Made by a program: the position numbers and the translations under genes. This document shows positions 20,073 through 30,394 of a stretch of DNA of 32,000 bases, in pieces. The stretch is from Candidatus Moranella endobia PCIT (GTDB taxonomy: Bacteria > Pseudomonadota > Gammaproteobacteria > Enterobacterales > Enterobacteriaceae), in assembly GCF_000219175.1 (NCBI RefSeq), contig NC_015735.1, positions 450,001 through 482,000 on the forward strand, read 5' to 3'. The notes under the pieces were generated by a model that saw only the letters and a program-made list of their open reading frames with translations, had not been told where the DNA came from and did no database searches. Each line of letters starts with the position of its first letter. Position 1 is the first letter of the stretch.

Positions 20073-20771
20073 ATGGGACAGAAAATACATCCGAATGGTA
20101 TTCGACTTGGTATTATTAAAAACTGGAACTCTACCTGGTATGCAAATACGAAAGAATTCGCTAACAACTTGGACAGTGACTTTAAAGTTCGTCAATTTCT
20201 GACCAAGGAATTGTCACAAGCTTCAGTTTCCCGTTTGGTTATCGAGCGGCCGGCAAAGAGTATTCGTGTAACTATTCACACCGCTCGTCCAGGTATCGTG
20301 ATCGGTAAAAAAGGCGAAGATGTCGAAAAACTGCGCAAAATTGTCGCAGATATAGCTGGCGTACCGGCGCAGATTAATATTGGTGAAGTACGTAAGCCGG
20401 AACTGGACGCCAAACTGGTTGCCGAAGGCATTTCTTCGCAATTGGAACGTCGTGTTATGTTCCGTCGGGCGATGAAACGTGCTGTTCAAAACTCCATGCG
20501 TCTCGGAGCTAAGGGAATTAAAGTGGAAGTTAGTGGTCGGCTGGGTGGTGCTGAAATCGCGCGTACTGAATGGTACCGTGAAGGTCGTGTGCCGTTACAC
20601 ACCCTGCGTGCTGATATCGACTACAATACCTCCGAAGCGCAAACTACTTACGGTGTCATTGGCGTAAAAGTGTGGATCTTCAAAGGTGAAATTTTTGGTA
20701 GTATGGTTTCCATTGCACAACCAGACCAGGCTAGTCAACTTAACAAGCAGCAGCGTAAAGGCCGACAGTAA
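20073..20771 (+). CDS. rpsC: 30S ribosomal protein S3
   Basis: 232 aa, [29 protein letters not shown]. Confidence 0.98.
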   Translation: MGQKIHPNGIRLGIIKNWNSTWYANTKEFANNLDSDFKVRQFLTKELSQASVSRLVIERPAKSIRVTIHTARPGIVIGKKGEDVEKLRKIVADIAGVPAQINIGEVRKPELDAKLVAEGISSQLERRVMFRRAMKRAVQNSMRLGAKGIKVEVSGRLGGAEIARTEWYREGRVPLHTLRADIDYNTSEAQTTYGVIGVKVWIFKGEIFGSMVSIAQPDQASQLNKQQRKGRQ

Positions 20772-20783
20772 GGAGATTGGCTG

Positions 20784-21194
20784 ATGTTACAACCAAAGCG
20801 TACAAAATTCAGTAAGATGCACAAAGGCCACAACCGTGGACTGGCAGCTAGTACGAATGTAAACTTCGGTACTTTTGGCCTGAAGGCTGTTGATCGTGGT
20901 CGGTTGACTGCTCGTCAAATCGAAGCAGCACGTCGTGCCATAACACGTGCAGTGAATCGTCAAGGTAAAATATGGATCCGAATTTTTCCGGATAAACCAA
21001 TAACTGAAAAACCGCTTGAAGTACGCATGGGAAAAGGTAAGGGTAACGTAGAATACTGGGTTGCCTTGATTCAGCCAGGTAAAGTCCTGTACGAAATTGA
21101 TGGCGTTTCAGAATATATTGCCCGTGTAGCCTTTAAGCTGGCAGCAACAAAACTGCCGATTAAAACAACTTTTATAAATAAAACGGTGATGTAA
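20784..21194 (+). CDS. rplP: 50S ribosomal protein L16
   Basis: 136 aa, [19 protein letters not shown], with [22 protein letters not shown]. Confidence 0.98.
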   Translation: MLQPKRTKFSKMHKGHNRGLAASTNVNFGTFGLKAVDRGRLTARQIEAARRAITRAVNRQGKIWIRIFPDKPITEKPLEVRMGKGKGNVEYWVALIQPGKVLYEIDGVSEYIARVAFKLAATKLPIKTTFINKTVM

Positions 21195-21385
21195 TGAAAG
21201 CAAATGATTTGCGTGAAAAAAGTGTTGACGAGCTTAACAAAGAACTGCTATCCCTACTTCGTGAGCAATTTAGCCTGCGCATGCAGGCTGTAAGCGGCCA
21301 GCTGCAACGGACTCACCTGTTAAAGCAGGTACGCCGTAATGTTGCGCGTGTAAAGCAGTTATTGACTTCGAAGGCTGGTGTGTAA
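21194..21385 (+). CDS. rpmC: 50S ribosomal protein L29
   Basis: 63 aa, [30 protein letters not shown]. Its ATG overlaps the rplP stop. Confidence 0.97.
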   Translation: MKANDLREKSVDELNKELLSLLREQFSLRMQAVSGQLQRTHLLKQVRRNVARVKQLLTSKAGV

Positions 21386-21642
21386 TGATTATTGACAAAA
21401 CACGTACTCTGCAAGGTCATGTCGTCAGTAACAAAATGGAAAAATCCATTGTTGTGGCCATTGAGCGTTTGGTGAAACACCCACTGTACGGTAAATTCAT
21501 AAAACGTACAACCAAGCTGCACGTACATGATGAGCACAATGAAAGCAAGATCGACGATATCGTTGAAATAAGAGAATGTCGTCCTATTTCCAAAACTAAG
21601 TCCTGGAATCTGGTTCGCGTTGTAGGGAAATTAGTTATGTAA
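21385..21642 (+). CDS. rpsQ: 30S ribosomal protein S17
   Basis: 85 aa, [40 protein letters not shown]. Last gene of the S10 operon. Confidence 0.97.
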   Translation: MIIDKTRTLQGHVVSNKMEKSIVVAIERLVKHPLYGKFIKRTTKLHVHDEHNESKIDDIVEIRECRPISKTKSWNLVRVVGKLVM

Positions 21643-21677
21643 AACTTTCTATTCAGTCAGTTTGTTCTAAACTGAGA

Positions 21678-21705
21678 CACGGCTGATGAGCCGTGGATTT
21701 TTTTT
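21678..21705 (+). terminator. Rho-independent terminator/attenuator after rpsQ (end of S10 operon)
   Basis: Stem CACGGCT (21678-21684), loop GATG, stem AGCCGTG (21689-21695), then GA and T8 (21698-21705). Confidence 0.7.
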
Positions 21706-21826
21706 CTATCCATCCGCCAAAAACAGTGTTATAATAAAATATAATCATGAATGGTAGGCATTTCTAATGACCTATCTCGTTCATTAGGTATAATGAATAA
21801 ATAGTTGACATTAGCGGAGTACTAAC

Positions 21827-22198
21827 ATGATCCAAGAACAGACTATGCTGAACGTGGCTGACAACTCCGGGGCGCGGCGCGTAATGTGTATCAAGGTTCT
21901 AGGTGGTTCGCAACGTCACTATGCAGGCGTAGGCGATATTATTAAAATTACCATCAAAGAAGCTGTTCCTCATGGCAAAGTAAAGAAAGGTGATGTTTTG
22001 AAGGCGGTAGTGGTGCGTACCAGGAAAGGTATTCGTCGCTCTGATGGTTCTGTCGTTCGCTTCGATGGTAATGCTTGTGTTTTGTTGCAAAATAACAATG
22101 ATCAACCTATAGGAACGCGTATTTTTGGTCCAGTGACTCGTGAACTACGTACCGAACGATTCATGAAGATTGTTTCCCTAGCACCAGAAGTACTTTAA
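21827..22198 (+). CDS. rplN: 50S ribosomal protein L14
   Basis: 123 aa, [28 protein letters not shown]. First gene of the spc operon. Confidence 0.98.
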   Translation: MIQEQTMLNVADNSGARRVMCIKVLGGSQRHYAGVGDIIKITIKEAVPHGKVKKGDVLKAVVVRTRKGIRRSDGSVVRFDGNACVLLQNNNDQPIGTRIFGPVTRELRTERFMKIVSLAPEVL

Positions 22199-22208
22199 GG
22201 AGCGCATT

Positions 22209-22526
22209 ATGGCAGCAAAAATCCATCGTGGTGACGATGTTATCGTGCTAACTGGCAGAGATAAAGGTAAGCGCGGTAAAGTTAAAACAGTTCTTTCTAC
22301 CGGTAAGGTTATTGTGGAAGGTATCAATCTAGTTAAGAAACATCAAAAAGCAATCTTAGCTGTTAACAAACTGGGTGGCATCGTTGAGAAAGAAGCAGCA
22401 ATCCATCTTTCCAATATTGCTATTTTTAATGCCGCTACCAGAAAGGCTGATCGTGTTAGCTTTAAGCTTGAGGACGGCAAGAAAGTGCGGATATTCAAAT
22501 CTAACGGTGGAATGATAAAGATTTAG
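22209..22526 (+). CDS. rplX: 50S ribosomal protein L24
   Basis: 105 aa, [22 protein letters not shown], with [14 protein letters not shown]. Confidence 0.97.
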   Translation: MAAKIHRGDDVIVLTGRDKGKRGKVKTVLSTGKVIVEGINLVKKHQKAILAVNKLGGIVEKEAAIHLSNIAIFNAATRKADRVSFKLEDGKKVRIFKSNGGMIKI

Positions 22527-22539
22527 TAATATGAGGTAG

Positions 22540-23079
22540 ATGGTGAAACTGCATGCTTACTACAAAAACGAAATAGTTTATCAATTAATGAAAAAATTCA
22601 GCTACCATTCTGTTATGCAAGTACCTCGGGTTGCAAAAATAACTCTGAATATGGGTATTGGTAAAGCCATGGCCGATAAAAAGCTGCTAGATAACGCTGT
22701 AGCAGATTTGAGCGCTATTTCAGGCCAAAAGCCTATTATCACCAAAGCACGTAAATCTGTTGCTGGTTTTAAAATCCGTCAAGGCGATCCGATCGGTTGT
22801 AAAGTCACCCTGCGTGGCGAGCGCATGTGGGGGTTCTTAGAGCGACTTATTACCATTGTTATACCTCGTATCCGTGACTTCCGTGGTCTATCCGCCCAGT
22901 CATTCGATCGTCATGGCAACTATAGCATGGGCGTACGTGAACAAAGCATCTTCCCGGAAATTGACTATGATAAAGTAGATCTGGTTCGTGGCTTGGATAT
23001 TACCATCACAACCACGGCGACATCAGATAACGAAGGCCGTGCGCTGTTAACAGCTTTTCACTTCCCATTCCGCCAGTAA
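22540..23079 (+). CDS. rplE: 50S ribosomal protein L5
   Basis: 179 aa, M.KLH.YYK.E.V, with [36 protein letters not shown]. Confidence 0.98.
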   Translation: MVKLHAYYKNEIVYQLMKKFSYHSVMQVPRVAKITLNMGIGKAMADKKLLDNAVADLSAISGQKPIITKARKSVAGFKIRQGDPIGCKVTLRGERMWGFLERLITIVIPRIRDFRGLSAQSFDRHGNYSMGVREQSIFPEIDYDKVDLVRGLDITITTTATSDNEGRALLTAFHFPFRQ

Positions 23080-23092
23080 ATTAGGGTTAATG

Positions 23093-23398
23093 ATGGCTAA
23101 ACAATCCATGAAAGCACGCGAATTAAAACGGGTAAAATTAGCTGCTAAATTCTTTGCAAAACGCGCGGCAATCAAAGCAACTATTTCAAACGTATCTGTT
23201 TCCGATGCAGAGCGCTGGGATGCAGTGCTCAAGCTGCAGACGCTGCCTCGTGATTCCAGCCTGTCTCGGCAGCGTAACCGCTGCCGCCAAACTGGTAGGC
23301 CACACGCTTTTCTGCGTAAATTTGGATTGAGCCGCATTAAGGTCCGTGAAGCAGCTATGCGTGGGGAGATTCCTGGCCTAAGAAAGGCTAGTTGGTAA
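23093..23398 (+). CDS. rpsN: 30S ribosomal protein S14
   Basis: The second ATG gives 101 aa, [19 protein letters not shown], ending RGEIPGL.KASW as in E. coli. An ATG one codon upstream (23090) is also possible. Confidence 0.96.
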   Translation: MAKQSMKARELKRVKLAAKFFAKRAAIKATISNVSVSDAERWDAVLKLQTLPRDSSLSRQRNRCRQTGRPHAFLRKFGLSRIKVREAAMRGEIPGLRKASW

Positions 23399-23436
23399 CT
23401 GTTCACCATTGAATCGAATCATAGGAGTAACGAAAT

Positions 23437-23829
23437 ATGAGCATGCAAGATCCGATTGCGGATATGCTAACCCGTATTCGTAATTGTCAAAAAGCACAAA
23501 AAACTACAACCTCTATGCCTTCCTCTAAGCTTAAATTAGCAATTGCTTCTTTACTAAAAGAAGAAGGCTTCATTGAAACTTACCAAGTTGAAGAAGAAAC
23601 CAAGCCGACGTTGAAACTAGTACTTAAGTACTTCCATGGTAAGCCGGTAATAGAAAAAATTCAGCGTATTAGCCGCCCTGGCCTACGCATCTACAAGAAA
23701 AAACATGCGCTACCAAAAGTTATGGCAGGCATGGGTATAGCGATTATTGCTACTTCTAAAGGCGTAATGACTGATCGGGCAGCGCGTAAGACTGGTATTG
23801 GTGGTGAGATTCTTTGCTACGTAGCTTAA
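23437..23829 (+). CDS. rpsH: 30S ribosomal protein S8
   Basis: 130 aa, [17 protein letters not shown], ending GGEI.CYVA. Confidence 0.98.
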   Translation: MSMQDPIADMLTRIRNCQKAQKTTTSMPSSKLKLAIASLLKEEGFIETYQVEEETKPTLKLVLKYFHGKPVIEKIQRISRPGLRIYKKKHALPKVMAGMGIAIIATSKGVMTDRAARKTGIGGEILCYVA

Positions 23830-23842
23830 TTTGGAGAACAGC

Positions 23843-24376
23843 ATGTCTCGTATTGCTAAAGCACCAGTTATTATTCCTGCTGGTGTAGAGGTCACAATCA
23901 ACGGTCAGGAGATTGTGATTAAAGGTAAAAATGGTGAACTAGCTCGTACTATCCACGAAGCTGTTGAAGTGCAGCATGCTAATAACCAGCTGACATTTGC
24001 TCCGCGCAAAAACCATGCTAACGGTTGGGCACTGGCAGGAACTACACGTTCGCTGTTAAACGGTATGGTAATGGGTGTTACCGAAGGTTTTACGAAAAAG
24101 CTACAATTAGTGGGAGTAGGTTACCGTGCTGCAGTGATAGGTAATGTGGTGAATTTGTCGTTGGGCTTTTCTCACCCTATTGACCATACCCTGCCCGTAG
24201 GCATTACCGCAGAATGCCCAAGCCAAACTGAAATCTTGCTGACAGGCGCTGATAGGCAGGCTATTGGCCAAGTTGCCGCAGATTTGCGTGCCTATCGTCG
24301 TCCGGAGCCTTATAAAGGTAAAGGTGTTCGTTATGCCGACGAAGTGGTGCGTACCAAAGATACTAAGAAGAAGTAA
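23843..24376 (+). CDS. rplF: 50S ribosomal protein L6
   Basis: The ATG at 23843 gives [18 protein letters not shown] (177 aa, as in E. coli). The ORF-track start at 23831 is a TTG four codons upstream. Confidence 0.97.
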   Translation: MSRIAKAPVIIPAGVEVTINGQEIVIKGKNGELARTIHEAVEVQHANNQLTFAPRKNHANGWALAGTTRSLLNGMVMGVTEGFTKKLQLVGVGYRAAVIGNVVNLSLGFSHPIDHTLPVGITAECPSQTEILLTGADRQAIGQVAADLRAYRRPEPYKGKGVRYADEVVRTKDTKKK

Positions 24377-24385
24377 AATAACGCT

Positions 24386-24736
24386 ATGGATAATAAAGCA
24401 GCTCGTATCCGTCGTGCAACCAGAGCACGACGCAAGTTAAAGGAACTGGGTGCCACCCGCTTAGTGGTACATCGTACCCCGCGTCATATTTACGCACAGG
24501 TTATTACGCCAAACAGTTCTAAAGTCCTGGTTGTAGCGTCGACTGTAGAAAAAAATCTCGGGGCAAAAACAGGTACCGGTAACAAATATGCCGCGGCCGC
24601 AGTAGGTAAAATGCTCGCGGAACGCGCCCTAGAAAAAGGAATTAAGTATGTTTCCTTTGATCGTTCTGGGTTCCAATATCATGGAAGAGTCCAGGCACTG
24701 GCAGATGCTGCCCGTGCTGCTGGCCTTCAGTTTTAA
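24386..24736 (+). CDS. rplR: 50S ribosomal protein L18
   Basis: 116 aa, [37 protein letters not shown]. Confidence 0.98.
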   Translation: MDNKAARIRRATRARRKLKELGATRLVVHRTPRHIYAQVITPNSSKVLVVASTVEKNLGAKTGTGNKYAAAAVGKMLAERALEKGIKYVSFDRSGFQYHGRVQALADAARAAGLQF

Positions 24737-24764
24737 GATAGAGATTTAAAGAGATTGAATTAAG

Positions 24765-25265
24765 ATGGCACACATCGAAAAACAAGCTAGCGAATTGCAG
24801 GAAAAGCTGATCTCTGTTAACCGCGTATCTAAAACCGTAAAAGGTGGCCGTATTTTCAGCTTTGCCGCACTGACTGTTGTGGGTGACGGTAACGGCAAAG
24901 TTGGCTTTGGCTACGGTAAAGCACGTGAAGTACCAGCAGCTATCCAGAAAGCAATTGAGAAAGCTCGTCGTAACATGATGCATATCATGCTTAACAGTAG
25001 CACCCTGCAGCACCAAATTAAAGGTGAACATACAGGTTCAATCGTATTCATGCAGCCAGCTTCCGCAGGTACCGGTATTATTGCCGGTGGTGCAATGCGC
25101 GCGGTATTAGAAGTCGCAGGTGTTCACAACGTGCTAGCCAAAGCTTATGGTTCCACTAACCCTATTAACGTGGTTCGTGCAACTATCAATGCTCTTGGTA
25201 ATATGAAGTCTCCTGACATGATCGCTGCCAAGCGCGGTAAATCAGTTGCTGACATTTTGGATTAA
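24765..25265 (+). CDS. rpsE: 30S ribosomal protein S5
   Basis: 166 aa, [59 protein letters not shown]. Confidence 0.98.
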   Translation: MAHIEKQASELQEKLISVNRVSKTVKGGRIFSFAALTVVGDGNGKVGFGYGKAREVPAAIQKAIEKARRNMMHIMLNSSTLQHQIKGEHTGSIVFMQPASAGTGIIAGGAMRAVLEVAGVHNVLAKAYGSTNPINVVRATINALGNMKSPDMIAAKRGKSVADILD

Positions 25266-25271
25266 TTGACC

Positions 25272-25451
25272 ATGTTACAAACTATTAAAATAATTCAGAC
25301 TCGTAGTTCCATTGGTCGGCTGCCGAAACATAAGGCAACTTTGGTTGGTTTGGGCCTGCGCCGCATTGGCCATACCGTAGAGCGTGAAAATACTCATGCT
25401 ATAAGGATGATGGTTAATTTGGTAGCCTACATGGTAAAAGTAGAGGAGTAA
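25272..25451 (+). CDS. rpmD: 50S ribosomal protein L30
   Basis: The ATG at 25272 gives a 59-aa product, [39 protein letters not shown], ending MVKVEE as in E. coli. The ORF-track start at 25266 is a TTG. Confidence 0.96.
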   Translation: MLQTIKIIQTRSSIGRLPKHKATLVGLGLRRIGHTVERENTHAIRMMVNLVAYMVKVEE

Positions 25452-25457
25452 TAAGAG

Positions 25458-25895
25458 ATGCATTTAAATACTCTATCTTTACCGTCTCGTTCGAGACGAC
25501 GTGCACCGAAGCGCCTAGGTCGTGGTATTGGTTCTGGCTTAGGCAAAACTAGCGGTCGCGGCCATAAAGGTCAGCACTCTCGTTCCGGCGGCGGCGTACA
25601 TCGCGGTTTTGAAGGTGGCCAGATGCCTCTATACCGTCGACTACCGAAATTTGGCTTTAAGTCGCGTAAATCTATGGTCACTGCGGAAGTACGCCTGTCA
25701 GATTTGACACACATAGAAGGAGAGGTAGTGGATTTAAATGCTTTGAAAGCCGCTAACATCGTTGGTATCCAAACTGAATTTGCCAAGATCATGCTTTCTG
25801 GTGAAGTGAAACGTGCGTTTACCGTGCGTAGCCTGCGTGTAAGTAAGGGCGCGTGTGTCGCAATTAAAGCTGCCGGTGGTACAATTGAAGAATAG
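25458..25895 (+). CDS. rplO: 50S ribosomal protein L15
   Basis: 145 aa with [47 protein letters not shown]. Confidence 0.98.
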   Translation: MHLNTLSLPSRSRRRAPKRLGRGIGSGLGKTSGRGHKGQHSRSGGGVHRGFEGGQMPLYRRLPKFGFKSRKSMVTAEVRLSDLTHIEGEVVDLNALKAANIVGIQTEFAKIMLSGEVKRAFTVRSLRVSKGACVAIKAAGGTIEE

Positions 25896-25902
25896 GTAGC
25901 AG

Positions 25903-27231
25903 ATGGCTAAAAAATTAAGGTTAGGCTTTCAAAGCACCAAAGATGGTGGAATAGATGATCTGAAACGAAGATTGTTGTTTGTTATGGGCGCGCTTATTGT
26001 TTTTCGTATCGGTTCGTTTATTCCGATCCCTGGTATTGATGGTACCGTACTTATAAAATTACTCGAACAACAGAGAGGTACCATCATTGAAATGTTTAAT
26101 ATGTTCTCTGGTGGTGCACTTAGCCGTGCTTCTCTCTTCACTTTAGGAATCATGCCGTATATTTCGGCATCAATCATCGTTCAGCTACTTACTGTTATTC
26201 ATCCGACACTGTCAGAAATTAAAAAAGATGGCGAGTTTGGTAGAAGGAAAATTAGCCAGTACACGCGTTATGGCGCGTTGGTATTAGCGATATGTCAGGC
26301 AATAGGTATTGCTAACGGTTTACCGCGTATGCCTGGAATGCAAGAACTGATAATAAATCCAGGATTTGCGTTTTACTTGACCGCGGTAGCAAGCCTAGTT
26401 TGTGGGACCATTTTTCTGATGTGGCTTGGTGAACAGATTACTGAAAGAAGTATTAGTAACGGTATTTCCATCATTATTTTCGCTGGGATAGTTTCCGGCT
26501 TGCCGCCGGCAATAGGCCACACTATAGAACAATCTCGACAGAGCGAGATACCATCCTTACTTATGTTGCTATTGGTTACTGTTCTAGGGTTGGTGATGAC
26601 TTTTTTTGTGGTGTTAGTTGAACGTGGTCAGCGTCGTATAAGTGTTAACTACGCCAAGCGTCATCAAGGTCGGCGCGTTTATGCAGCTCATGGAACGCAT
26701 TTGCCGCTGAAATTAAATATGGCCGGAGTTACCCCGACAATTTTCGCTTCAAGCATAATTTTGTTTCCTGCCACGATTGCATCATGTTTTGGAGGCGGCA
26801 CAGGTTGGGGCTGGTTGTCTGCGATTGCGCTCTATTTACAGCCAAATAAACCACTATATGTGGTATCATATGCGTCCGCAATCATATTTTTCTGTTTTTT
26901 TTACACTGCATTGGTGTTTAACCCGCGCGAGATAGCAGATAACTTGAAGAAGTCCGGTGCTTTTGTATCAGGTATGCGGCCAGGAGAGCAAACGGCAAGG
27001 TATATCGAAAAGATCATGAACCGACTAACGCTGGTAGGTTCATTGTATATGACATTGATATGTCTAATTCCGGAGTTCATGCGTGAAGCAATGAAAGTTC
27101 CCTTCTATTTGGGCGGGACGTCTTTATTGATAGTTGTTGTGGTTATCATGGAGTTTTTGGCTCAAGTACAGACTATGATGATGTCTAGTCGATACGAATC
27201 GACACTTAAGAAAGCAAACATGAAAAACTAA
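25903..27231 (+). CDS. secY: Preprotein translocase subunit SecY
   Basis: 442 aa (E. coli 443). Multi-pass membrane protein with [54 protein letters not shown] and [11 protein letters not shown]. Confidence 0.98.
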   Translation: MAKKLRLGFQSTKDGGIDDLKRRLLFVMGALIVFRIGSFIPIPGIDGTVLIKLLEQQRGTIIEMFNMFSGGALSRASLFTLGIMPYISASIIVQLLTVIHPTLSEIKKDGEFGRRKISQYTRYGALVLAICQAIGIANGLPRMPGMQELIINPGFAFYLTAVASLVCGTIFLMWLGEQITERSISNGISIIIFAGIVSGLPPAIGHTIEQSRQSEIPSLLMLLLVTVLGLVMTFFVVLVERGQRRISVNYAKRHQGRRVYAAHGTHLPLKLNMAGVTPTIFASSIILFPATIASCFGGGTGWGWLSAIALYLQPNKPLYVVSYASAIIFFCFFYTALVFNPREIADNLKKSGAFVSGMRPGEQTARYIEKIMNRLTLVGSLYMTLICLIPEFMREAMKVPFYLGGTSLLIVVVVIMEFLAQVQTMMMSSRYESTLKKANMKN

Positions 27232-27289
27232 CACCGTTAATTCGTCAACCAATAATTAGTGATAAGTTACGGGGGGGGGAGCTTAAACA

Positions 27290-27406
27290 ATGAAAGTTTG
27301 TACTTCCATCAAGATATTATGTCGTAACTGCAAAATCGTTAAACGTAAAAGTGTCGTTCGTGTTATTTGTAGAGCGGAACCGAAGCATAAACAACGACAA
27401 GGCTAA
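27290..27406 (+). CDS. rpmJ: 50S ribosomal protein L36
   Basis: This gene is absent from the ORF track because it is under 60 aa. My hand translation gives [38 protein letters not shown] (38 aa). The zinc ligands CxxC...C...H are conserved. GGAG lies 8 nt upstream. Confidence 0.93.
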   Translation: MKVCTSIKILCRNCKIVKRKSVVRVICRAEPKHKQRQG

Positions 27407-27475
27407 GGAGCTATTTTTATGATGGTGTTGCCATTAAACTTTCTAGGAGTACATAGTGGCCCGTATAGCTGGCAT
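27407..27475 (+). promoter_or_regulatory. Candidate S4 translational-operator region (alpha operon leader) around the rpsM start
   Basis: There is a GTG start, as I recall for E. coli rpsM. AGCTAT (27409-27414) is complementary to ATAGCT (27465-27470), and the two bracket the SD (AGGAG) and the start codon. A local hairpin ATGG-TGTTG-CCAT lies between them. This topology is compatible with the known S4-bound pseudoknot. I did not verify the fold. Confidence 0.35.
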
Positions 27476-27821
27476 TAACATTCCTGATAATAAACATACC
27501 GTTATTGCGCTAACTTCAATTTACGGCATAGGCAAAACCCGCTCGCAGCAAATATGCGCTGCTACGGGTATTACTGAGCATGTTCATATCAGTGAGCTGT
27601 CGGAAGAGCAGCTCGACAAACTGCGTGACGCAGTTACAAAGTTTGTTGTTGAAGGCGATCTGCGCCGTGTAGTAACCATAAGTATCAAGCGGCTGATTGA
27701 ACTTGGTACCTATCGTGGTTTGCGTCATCGTCGTGGTCTTCCAGTGCGTGGTCAACGCACTAAGACCAATGCTCGTACCTGTAAAGGGCCGCGCAAACCG
27801 ATCAAAAAAATCATCGTGTAG
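27456..27821 (+). CDS. rpsM: 30S ribosomal protein S13
   Basis: 121 aa from a GTG start, [27 protein letters not shown]. It ends [12 protein letters not shown], three residues longer than E. coli, after an A7 run. Confidence 0.97.
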   Translation: MARIAGINIPDNKHTVIALTSIYGIGKTRSQQICAATGITEHVHISELSEEQLDKLRDAVTKFVVEGDLRRVVTISIKRLIELGTYRGLRHRRGLPVRGQRTKTNARTCKGPRKPIKKIIV

Positions 27822-27832
27822 TGAGCACATTA

Positions 27833-28222
27833 ATGACTAAGGCACATATTCATGCACGTAAGCGTGTTAAGAAACACATTTCCGATGGTATAGCTCATAT
27901 TCATGTATCTTTTAATAATACTATTGTAACTATTACAGATCTTCAGGGTAATACATTAGGGTGGGCTACTGCCGGTGGTTCTGGTTTTCGCGGTTCTCGT
28001 AAGTCCACTCCTTTCGCCGCACAGGTTGCGGTAGAACATTGCGCGGAAGCAGTAAAAGAATATGGTATCCAGAATCTGGAAGTGATGGTTAAAGGACCAG
28101 GTCCAGGCCGCGAGTCTACCGTCCGCGCGCTAAATGCGGCCGGTTTTCGCATTACAAATATCACTGATGCAACTCCGATTCCCCATAACGGTTGTCGGCC
28201 GCCTAAGAAGCGGCGCGTATAA
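27833..28222 (+). CDS. rpsK: 30S ribosomal protein S11
   Basis: The ATG at 27833 gives 129 aa (as in E. coli), [54 protein letters not shown]. Confidence 0.97.
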   Translation: MTKAHIHARKRVKKHISDGIAHIHVSFNNTIVTITDLQGNTLGWATAGGSGFRGSRKSTPFAAQVAVEHCAEAVKEYGIQNLEVMVKGPGPGRESTVRALNAAGFRITNITDATPIPHNGCRPPKKRRV

Positions 28223-28253
28223 CGTTTTATGAATTTATGATGGGAGGCATAAT

Positions 28254-28874
28254 ATGGCAAAATATTTAGGTCCTAAACTCAAGCTTAGCCGTCGTGAGGG
28301 TACAGATCTTTTCCTAAAGTCTAGCGTTCGCGCTATAGAGTCAAAATGTAAGATTGAGCAACCCCCTGGTCAGCACAGCTCGCGGAAAACACGCTTATCT
28401 GATTACGGTAAACAGTTGCGAGAAAAACAAAAAGTGCGTCGTATTTACGGCGTGCTTGAACGTCAATTTCGTAACTACTACAAAAAGGCCGCACGTTTGA
28501 AAGGCAATCCTGGTGAAAACCTCTTACAGTTGCTGGAAGGTCGTCTCGATAACGTTGTGTACCGTATGGGATTTAGTGCTACCCGCGCTGAATCACATCA
28601 ATTGGTTAGCCATAAGTCGATCATGGTCAACAACCGAGTTATCAACGTCGCTTCCTACCAGGTGACTCCGAATGACATTGTCAGTATCCGAAAGAAAGCT
28701 CAGACACAATACCGTGTTCGTGCCTCATTAGAACTGGCAGAACAGCAAGAAAAGCCAACCTGGCTTGAAGTAGACGCTACTAAAATGGAAGGAGTGTTCA
28801 AACGCATTCCAGAACGTACCGATCTTTCCCCGGATATTAATGAACACCTAATCGTAGAGCTTTACTCGAAGTAA
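28254..28874 (+). CDS. rpsD: 30S ribosomal protein S4
   Basis: 206 aa, [31 protein letters not shown], ending LIVELYSK. Confidence 0.98.
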   Translation: MAKYLGPKLKLSRREGTDLFLKSSVRAIESKCKIEQPPGQHSSRKTRLSDYGKQLREKQKVRRIYGVLERQFRNYYKKAARLKGNPGENLLQLLEGRLDNVVYRMGFSATRAESHQLVSHKSIMVNNRVINVASYQVTPNDIVSIRKKAQTQYRVRASLELAEQQEKPTWLEVDATKMEGVFKRIPERTDLSPDINEHLIVELYSK

Positions 28875-28905
28875 TGCTTAGTACCAGTACCAAAGAGAGG
28901 ACAAC

Positions 28906-29895
28906 ATGCATGGTTCTGTGACAGAGTTTCTAAAACCGCGTTTGGTAGAGATCGAGCAAATCAATTCGACGCAAGCAAAGGTGACCCTTGAACCATTAGA
29001 GCGTGGCTTTGGTCATACTCTGGGTAACGCACTACGCCGTATTATGCTTTCATCAATGCCAGGTTGCGCGGTGACTGAGGCTGAGATTGATGGTGTACTG
29101 CACGAATACAGTACCAAAGAAGGTGTACAAGAAGATATCTTAGAAATTTTACTTAACCTAAAAGGGCTAGCAGTGAGAGTTCAAGGGAAAAAAGATGAAG
29201 TTATCTTAACTCTGAATAAAGCCGGCATTGGACCTGTTACCGCCGCCGACATCATCCATGATGTTGATGTTGAAATCGTCAAGCCGAAACAGGTACTGTG
29301 CCACCTGACCGATAATCATGCATCTATCAATATGCGTATCAAGGTTCAGCGTGGACGTGGCTATGTTCCGGTTTCGGCACGAATGGCTGCTTCGGATGAG
29401 CACCAAATTGGTCGTTTGCTATTAGATGCATGCTATAGCCCTATAGAGCGCATAGCCTACAATGTGGAAGCAGCGCGCGTTGAGCAGCGCACTGACCTCG
29501 ACCGGCTAGTGATCGAAATAGAAACCAACGGCACAATCGATCCAGAAGAAGCAATACGCCGTGCAGCCACTATTCTGGCTGAACAACTAGAAGCTTTTGT
29601 TGACTTACGTGATGTATGTCAGCCAGAGTTGAGAGCATCGAAACCCAAATTCGATCCGCTCTTGTTGCGCCCAGTTGATGATCTGGAATTAACAGTACGC
29701 TCTGCTAACTGTCTAAAGGCAGAAGCTATCCATTACATCGGTGATCTGGTACAGCGCACTGAAGTTGAGCTACTTAAAACTCCCAACCTGGGTAAAAAAT
29801 CGCTGACTGAGATCAAAGATGTTTTGGCTGCGCGTGGGTTATCTCTGGGCGTACGCCTCGAAAACTGGCCGCCGGCAAGTATTAATGATGAATAG
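28906..29895 (+). CDS. rpoA: DNA-directed RNA polymerase alpha subunit
   Basis: 329 aa, [16 protein letters not shown]. The alpha-[55 protein letters not shown] is intact. Confidence 0.98.
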   Translation: MHGSVTEFLKPRLVEIEQINSTQAKVTLEPLERGFGHTLGNALRRIMLSSMPGCAVTEAEIDGVLHEYSTKEGVQEDILEILLNLKGLAVRVQGKKDEVILTLNKAGIGPVTAADIIHDVDVEIVKPKQVLCHLTDNHASINMRIKVQRGRGYVPVSARMAASDEHQIGRLLLDACYSPIERIAYNVEAARVEQRTDLDRLVIEIETNGTIDPEEAIRRAATILAEQLEAFVDLRDVCQPELRASKPKFDPLLLRPVDDLELTVRSANCLKAEAIHYIGDLVQRTEVELLKTPNLGKKSLTEIKDVLAARGLSLGVRLENWPPASINDE

Positions 29896-29915
29896 ATGAA
29901 TATTAATTCTCATAA

Positions 29916-30317
<402 letters not shown>

Positions 30318-30321
30318 AAAT

Positions 30322-30352
30322 AAAACCCCCGGCAATCCGGGGGTTTTATTTT
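30322..30352. terminator. Bidirectional rho-independent terminator shared by convergent rplQ and groEL
   Basis: Perfect 11-bp stem AAAACCCCCGG (30322-30332), loop CAAT, CCGGGGGTTTT (30337-30347). It is flanked by an A-run on the left and a T-run on the right, so it reads as stem plus U-tract on both strands. Confidence 0.85.
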
Positions 30353-30394
30353 ATAACATCAGCTTCAATTTCAATAACACGTGAATACGTGGTG

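Noticed and set aside
21706-21826. Several TATAAT hexamers and a TTGACA in the rpsQ-rplN spacer that could be the spc promoter.
   Set aside because: None has a convincing -35/-10 pair at 16-18 nt spacing. The best candidate is ATGACC-16-TATAAT near 21770-21797, and the TTGACA lies too close to the rplN start. The region is AT-rich, so hexamer matches are expected by chance.
23047-23409. 120-aa - strand ORF. Similar antisense ORFs lie at 24642-25031 (129 aa), 27516-27830, 27943-28260, 17188-17430, 18441-18731, 19189-19467 and 20223-20489.
   Set aside because: All lie antisense to near-invariant ribosomal protein genes, which makes them classic shadow ORFs.
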